From positions 535,132 to 599,131 of the forward strand of contig CM119266.1 of the NCBI GenBank assembly GCA_051294375.1: a DNA stretch of 64,000 bases, in the 5' to 3' direction. The notes beneath the pieces were generated by a model that had not been told where the DNA came from, made no database searches, and was given only the letters and a program-made list of their open reading frames with translations. The DNA is from Paraspadella gotoi. Lineage: Eukaryota > Animalia > Chaetognatha. The position numbers were made by a program, and so were the translations under genes. Positions 59,152-64,000 of this stretch are shown in pieces (position 1 is the stretch's first letter; each line of letters opens with the position of its first letter).

Positions 59152-59368
59152 GTGGATAAGTCGCTAAGAGGGGCTTTAACCCTATCTAGCAGCCATTGAA
59201 CGGGTCCGAGGCTTGGAACCAGGCTTGAGGGTTTTCTACGCCCCCTAGGAGGCTTACGGCTGTCCTCAGTGGTTATGAGCTGATGGCTTTACTCAATGAG
59301 CCAGCGGGACACGACTGAAGGTATCATATTTATAGGCGGGGTGAACTTATGCAATGCCCGACTACATA
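59152..59368 (+). repeat. Short interspersed repeat family 2, copy 1
   Basis: GATAAG.CGCTAAG...GAACGGGTCC..GGCTT.GAACCAGGCTT.AGGGTT...GCTGATGGCTTTACTCAATGAGCCA...TTTATAGGCGGGGTGAAC...GCAATGCCCGACTAC recurs at 61372-61578. Confidence 0.8.
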
Positions 59369-59729
59369 CATTTACGAATTTAGAAATGATATATTTTCAG
59401 AATATTATTTAAATACATTTTAAAACATGTTATAAGGTTCTTAGATAGGGTATTGCACAAAAATTTAAAAAATACAGATTTTCTTCATTCGATGGTTTTA
59501 AACCTTATATTAAGCCTAATGAAGTGTATTTTAATCGTTAATTTCAAGTTTGACTTTTAAAGATTTGATTTACGCCAACTGATTTACGTCAATTTGGAGT
59601 AACATATCTGTCTCCTTTCTGCTGTCAAGGATATTGAACAAAATTTTTTGAAAACGCTTTTTTTAATTAAAAATACATAGTAGTATTGGATTCAGATTTG
59701 ATTTCTTTTTTTTTTTTACGTGTTTGTTG

Positions 59730-60290
59730 GCGCTGGTGGCGTAAAAAGTACGCCAAAATGTATTATTTCCTAGTTACATATGTGGCGTTAATGATTTTTC
59801 AAAAAAAATTTTTAAAATATATCATGTTAAATAAGTGTAAATGTTTATATTTAAATTTGGAAAAGAATTGTGGCGTAAAATGGCGTGAAATGAAGGTAAA
59901 ACCGTTTAATATGATATCATGATGTGGCGTAAAGACTTTCCGATTATTTCCTAGTAAAAGCAATTCGGTTAAGTGGTTTTAAAGATTTATCCGGCCTTTT
60001 TTATACAGATGTGGCGTAGAATGGCGTAAAATGAACAAAAAACGATATAAATATTATCTAATTCTGTGGCGTAAAGACTTTGTTTATTTTCTAGTAAAAA
60101 CTACACAGTTAAGTGATTTAAATATTTTTCCGGCCTTTTTTATACAGGTTTGGCGTAGAATGGCGTAAAATGAACAGAAAACCATATTAATATCATTTAA
60201 TTTTGTGGCGTAAAAACTTTTTTTCATTTTCCAAATAAAGCTATTAAGTTAAGATGCTTTGGCATAGAATGGCGTAAATTGACGTAAAAC
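59730..60290. repeat. ~140-bp degenerate minisatellite (about 4 units) rich in TGGCGTAAA motifs
   Basis: TGGCGTAGAATGGCGTAAAATGAA...TGTGGCGTAAAGACTTT recurs at ~59871, 60011, 60151 and 60260. Confidence 0.85.
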
Positions 60291-61018
60291 TAAGACTTAG
60301 ACAAGTTTTTGAGAAAATAAATACCAGTTCTACTTTTAATTAAATAATAAGCTCCTTCACGAACATTAATTTCGATTTGCAATTAGTTCACAACTTTCAA
60401 TCCAGAAGCGACCTCTGCGTAAACGATTTTGCCTTTTACATTCTTACCTCCCTGATGACGACGACGACGAATCGGATTATAAATAACTCGGTTATATTCC
60501 GTACGTAAGCGTTTTTAATCTGCCGAAACTCGACGATTCCGACTAATCTACTCGGCTCACAATTATTTCCAGATTCCCCCTCCCCCTCTTTTTCTTTATC
60601 GCTTATGGCGCCTCGTACGAGAGAAATAAACAGTCCTATCATATTCTCCCTCTCCCTCGCCCAAAAAACGACGGAGACTATGACACCTCGTTCTGGATTC
60701 CTTCCTCCGCGCGATTCGGCGCTCAACTTTATTGCGCAGCGCCGAGTGCGTCGTTGCCGGGAAATCTAGAGGCTCGCGCGGACGGGCCGTGGCGCAGAGA
60801 GAGAGAGAGGGAGACGCGCTCCGGACTCTGGTCCCGGAACCGGAAATCCGGATCCAGAGATTTCTCCGATTTTTTTTCCTTTTTCTTCGGAACGCTATTT
60901 TTTTTTCTGCAACGCAAAATGTTCACGTCGAAAAAAAATTTTGAAGAAGAAAAATTACAAATGTAACGAAGAAATTGTAGACTATATTCGTTCGTAAGTT
61001 CGTGTCGATTATATGAAA

Positions 61019-61109
61019 TTGGTACAACCAATATAAAAATTATCCATTCATTTAATAAATAAGCTATCTTGCCCCTGACTTTGGACAGGCTTTGGTGGTT
61101 TAAGGCCTC
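61019..61109 (+). repeat. Short interspersed repeat family 1, copy 3 (truncated)
   Basis: Matches 45989 and 57010. Confidence 0.8.
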
Positions 61110-61371
61110 GCAATATTTTTTTCCCTAAAATTGACGTAAGAGGAACTCTTTTATTTTTTTAAAACGAATTTCAACGAACACAAGAGCAGAAGTTACATCA
61201 CACTAAACTGTCTCTTTCTCAAAATCTATTTAGCTTATTACAGACTATATGAGTATCTTGACAGATAGTAATTAAATTATTGACCTAAAGCCCTCATGTT
61301 CACCGAGTGGCCTTTGTTTTAATTCTCTGACATTTTGCAGTTTGACACCACGCAGGATTTCTTGTACTATC

Positions 61372-61578
61372 TGTAGATAAGGCGCTAAGTGGGCTGAAGA
61401 TGACTATCCGTAACTTCTAAAACCCCCTTTAGTAGCTATGGAACGGGTCCTGGGCTTTGAACCAGGCTTAAGGGTTCGCCACACCCCCAAGGCTGATGGC
61501 TTTACTCAATGAGCCACCGGGTCAGGACTGAAGGAGTCATGTTTATAGGCGGGGTGAACCTAGGCAATGCCCGACTAC
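61372..61578 (+). repeat. Short interspersed repeat family 2, copy 2
   Basis: Matches 59152-59368. Confidence 0.8.
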
Positions 61579-62284
61579 GTATCTTTTAATCTATTACAGG
61601 AACGGCGATTCCAATGTGTTGCGCCTCAGTGACTTAATTTTTGATCACATAACATGACATGACATGACAAAAAACTTTCTTGGCCCTTGCATTTATGGCA
61701 TGCACTGCATCGAAATTACGTCTTTTATTCCTTATAGTTTTAGGATTTCCTGAAGGCGGCGCAAGCAGTCACTAAGATTTGAGGTTTTTTCTAACAAGAG
61801 ATATTTCACTATTTTATATTGACAAAAAGGTCGTTCATGCTCAATGTTTCTAATGAATGTTGTTGCTGTTATATGCTAAAATGTCTCGTACTTTTTTCTA
61901 TCAAGTGAGGACGAACCGGATGACGATATCGATCCAATCTTGACTGCATAAAAAGTAGACAATAGGGATGACATCAATTCATTCTTTTTGTCACTCTCTG
62001 TCATTCTATAACCGAATGTTTTTATCAAAATTAAGAGGATATCGATTTAAGCAAAATATCGCTTATATTTAATCAATACATTAATACTGGTTGAACTTAA
62101 ATAATACAATCATAATTAACAATTTCAATTTCATTCTTTGGAGTCATTGCACATTTCTGTATCCGTTTTCTTAAGGTTGAAAGTTGACTAACATGAAATT
62201 AATGTTGACAACGACGATCATCATTATTCATATCCTACCTCGAACAAAATTCATAATAGAGTTGATATCGAGGAAAAATCTTAC

Positions 62285-62854
<570 letters not shown>

Positions 62855-63514
62855 NNNNNNNNNNNNNNNNNNNNNNNNNNNNNNNNNNNNNNNNNNNNNN
62901 NNNNNNNNNNNNNNNNNNNNNNNNNNNNNNNNNNNNNNNNNNNNNNNNNNNNNNNNNNNNNNNNNNNNNNNNNNNNNNNNNNNNNNNNNNNNNNNNNNNN
63001 NNNNNNNNNNNNNNNNNNNNNNNNNNNNNNNNNNNNNNNNNNNNNNNNNNNNNNNNNNNNNNNNNNNNNNNNNNNNNNNNNNNNNNNNNNNNNNNNNNNN
63101 NNNNNNNNNNNNNNNNNNNNNNNNNNNNNNNNNNNNNNNNNNNNNNNNNNNNNNNNNNNNNNNNNNNNNNNNNNNNNNNNNNNNNNNNNNNNNNNNNNNN
63201 NNNNNNNNNNNNNNNNNNNNNNNNNNNNNNNNNNNNNNNNNNNNNNNNNNNNNNNNNNNNNTTCAAATTTATTTTCGACGTCATTTGTTTTTGTTTTCTC
63301 GATCCCTAGCGGGAAGAGGCGAGAAATAACGCCCTCTTCACGTTTCGCGAGGAGGTGCATCTTTGGACCGCAGGGACGACGACGACAACGACGACGACGA
63401 CGACGACGAAAGACTGTCTCGACGACAAAGCCAATGGGGGAAGCCATTGACTCTCGTGAATTAGGTTGAAACCGTCAGAGAGACGTGAGAGAGATAGACG
63501 AACCGACGTGAGTT

Positions 63515-63550
<36 letters not shown>

Positions 63551-64000
63551 TTCCCCCTCTCCCGGCCCCCGTCCTTCCGCTCCCACGTTCTTCGAGTACG
63601 AGTCCTTGACGATTTTTTCATAGTCCTTTCATCGTCATTGTTGTCTTCATTCATCGTCTCTCTCTTCGTCGTTTCGTCGTTCGTCGTCGGTTTTAACCGG
63701 CGTTTTCCCGCGTTCCTCAGTTTGTGGTCTTTGTCGTCGTCGTGTTCATGCGTCTCTATGTCGACGTCATCCTCGGAGGCGGCGGTCGTTTTCGTTCGTC
63801 CCTCGCTCCGGTCGTACTTCGTCGTCTTCATCGTCGTCGCTCGTTTCGTCGTCTGGTCGTCGTCGTTCTTCATCGTCGTTCGTCGTCGTCGTCGTCGGTC
63901 CCGGAGGCGGTCTACTCGTCGCTGGTTCCTCCACTTCCTCCCTTCTCCTTTTTCTCTCTCGAGTTGTTCAGTATTTCTCCTGGCTAACTTTCTCTCTCTC

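Noticed and set aside
59730-60290. Regularly spaced repeats as a CRISPR-like array
   Set aside because: The intervening sequences are homologous to each other rather than unique spacers, there are no cas genes, and the context is eukaryotic.
57440-60860. Scattered GC-rich islands with minus-strand donor-like sites suggesting another gene
   Set aside because: No consistent reading frame or recognisable product could be assembled. They may be UTR or non-coding exons, but this is unsupported.

Overview
This is a eukaryotic, most likely invertebrate animal, scaffold window. It has AT-rich short introns, GC-richer exons, (GA)n microsatellites, many N gaps and long indel-noisy stretches that look like uncorrected long-read fill. 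Supported genes: (1) a spliceosomal-intron-rich BCCT (betaine/choline/carnitine) transporter on the minus strand, whose 5' half appears three times (two minus copies, one plus copy; probably redundant haplotigs); (2) a divergent, apparently N-terminally truncated transportin-3 (TNPO3)-like gene; (3) a complete CCDC146/MBO2 gene; (4) head-to-head with it, a complete GTP-dependent PEPCK with a mitochondrial-type presequence; (5) two unassigned exon sets. Mobile DNA: a 5'-truncated RT + zinc-finger LINE; a TTAA-flanked TIR element carrying an intact stand-alone DUF7041 mini-Gag ORF; a ~4.1 kb LTR element with an ATAT target duplication whose empty site is visible in the duplicate copy; a Helentron/DINE-1-like element; and two short interspersed repeat families. 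No rRNA, tRNA or CRISPR array is supported. All family assignments come from manual translation and recalled motifs, not from database searches.
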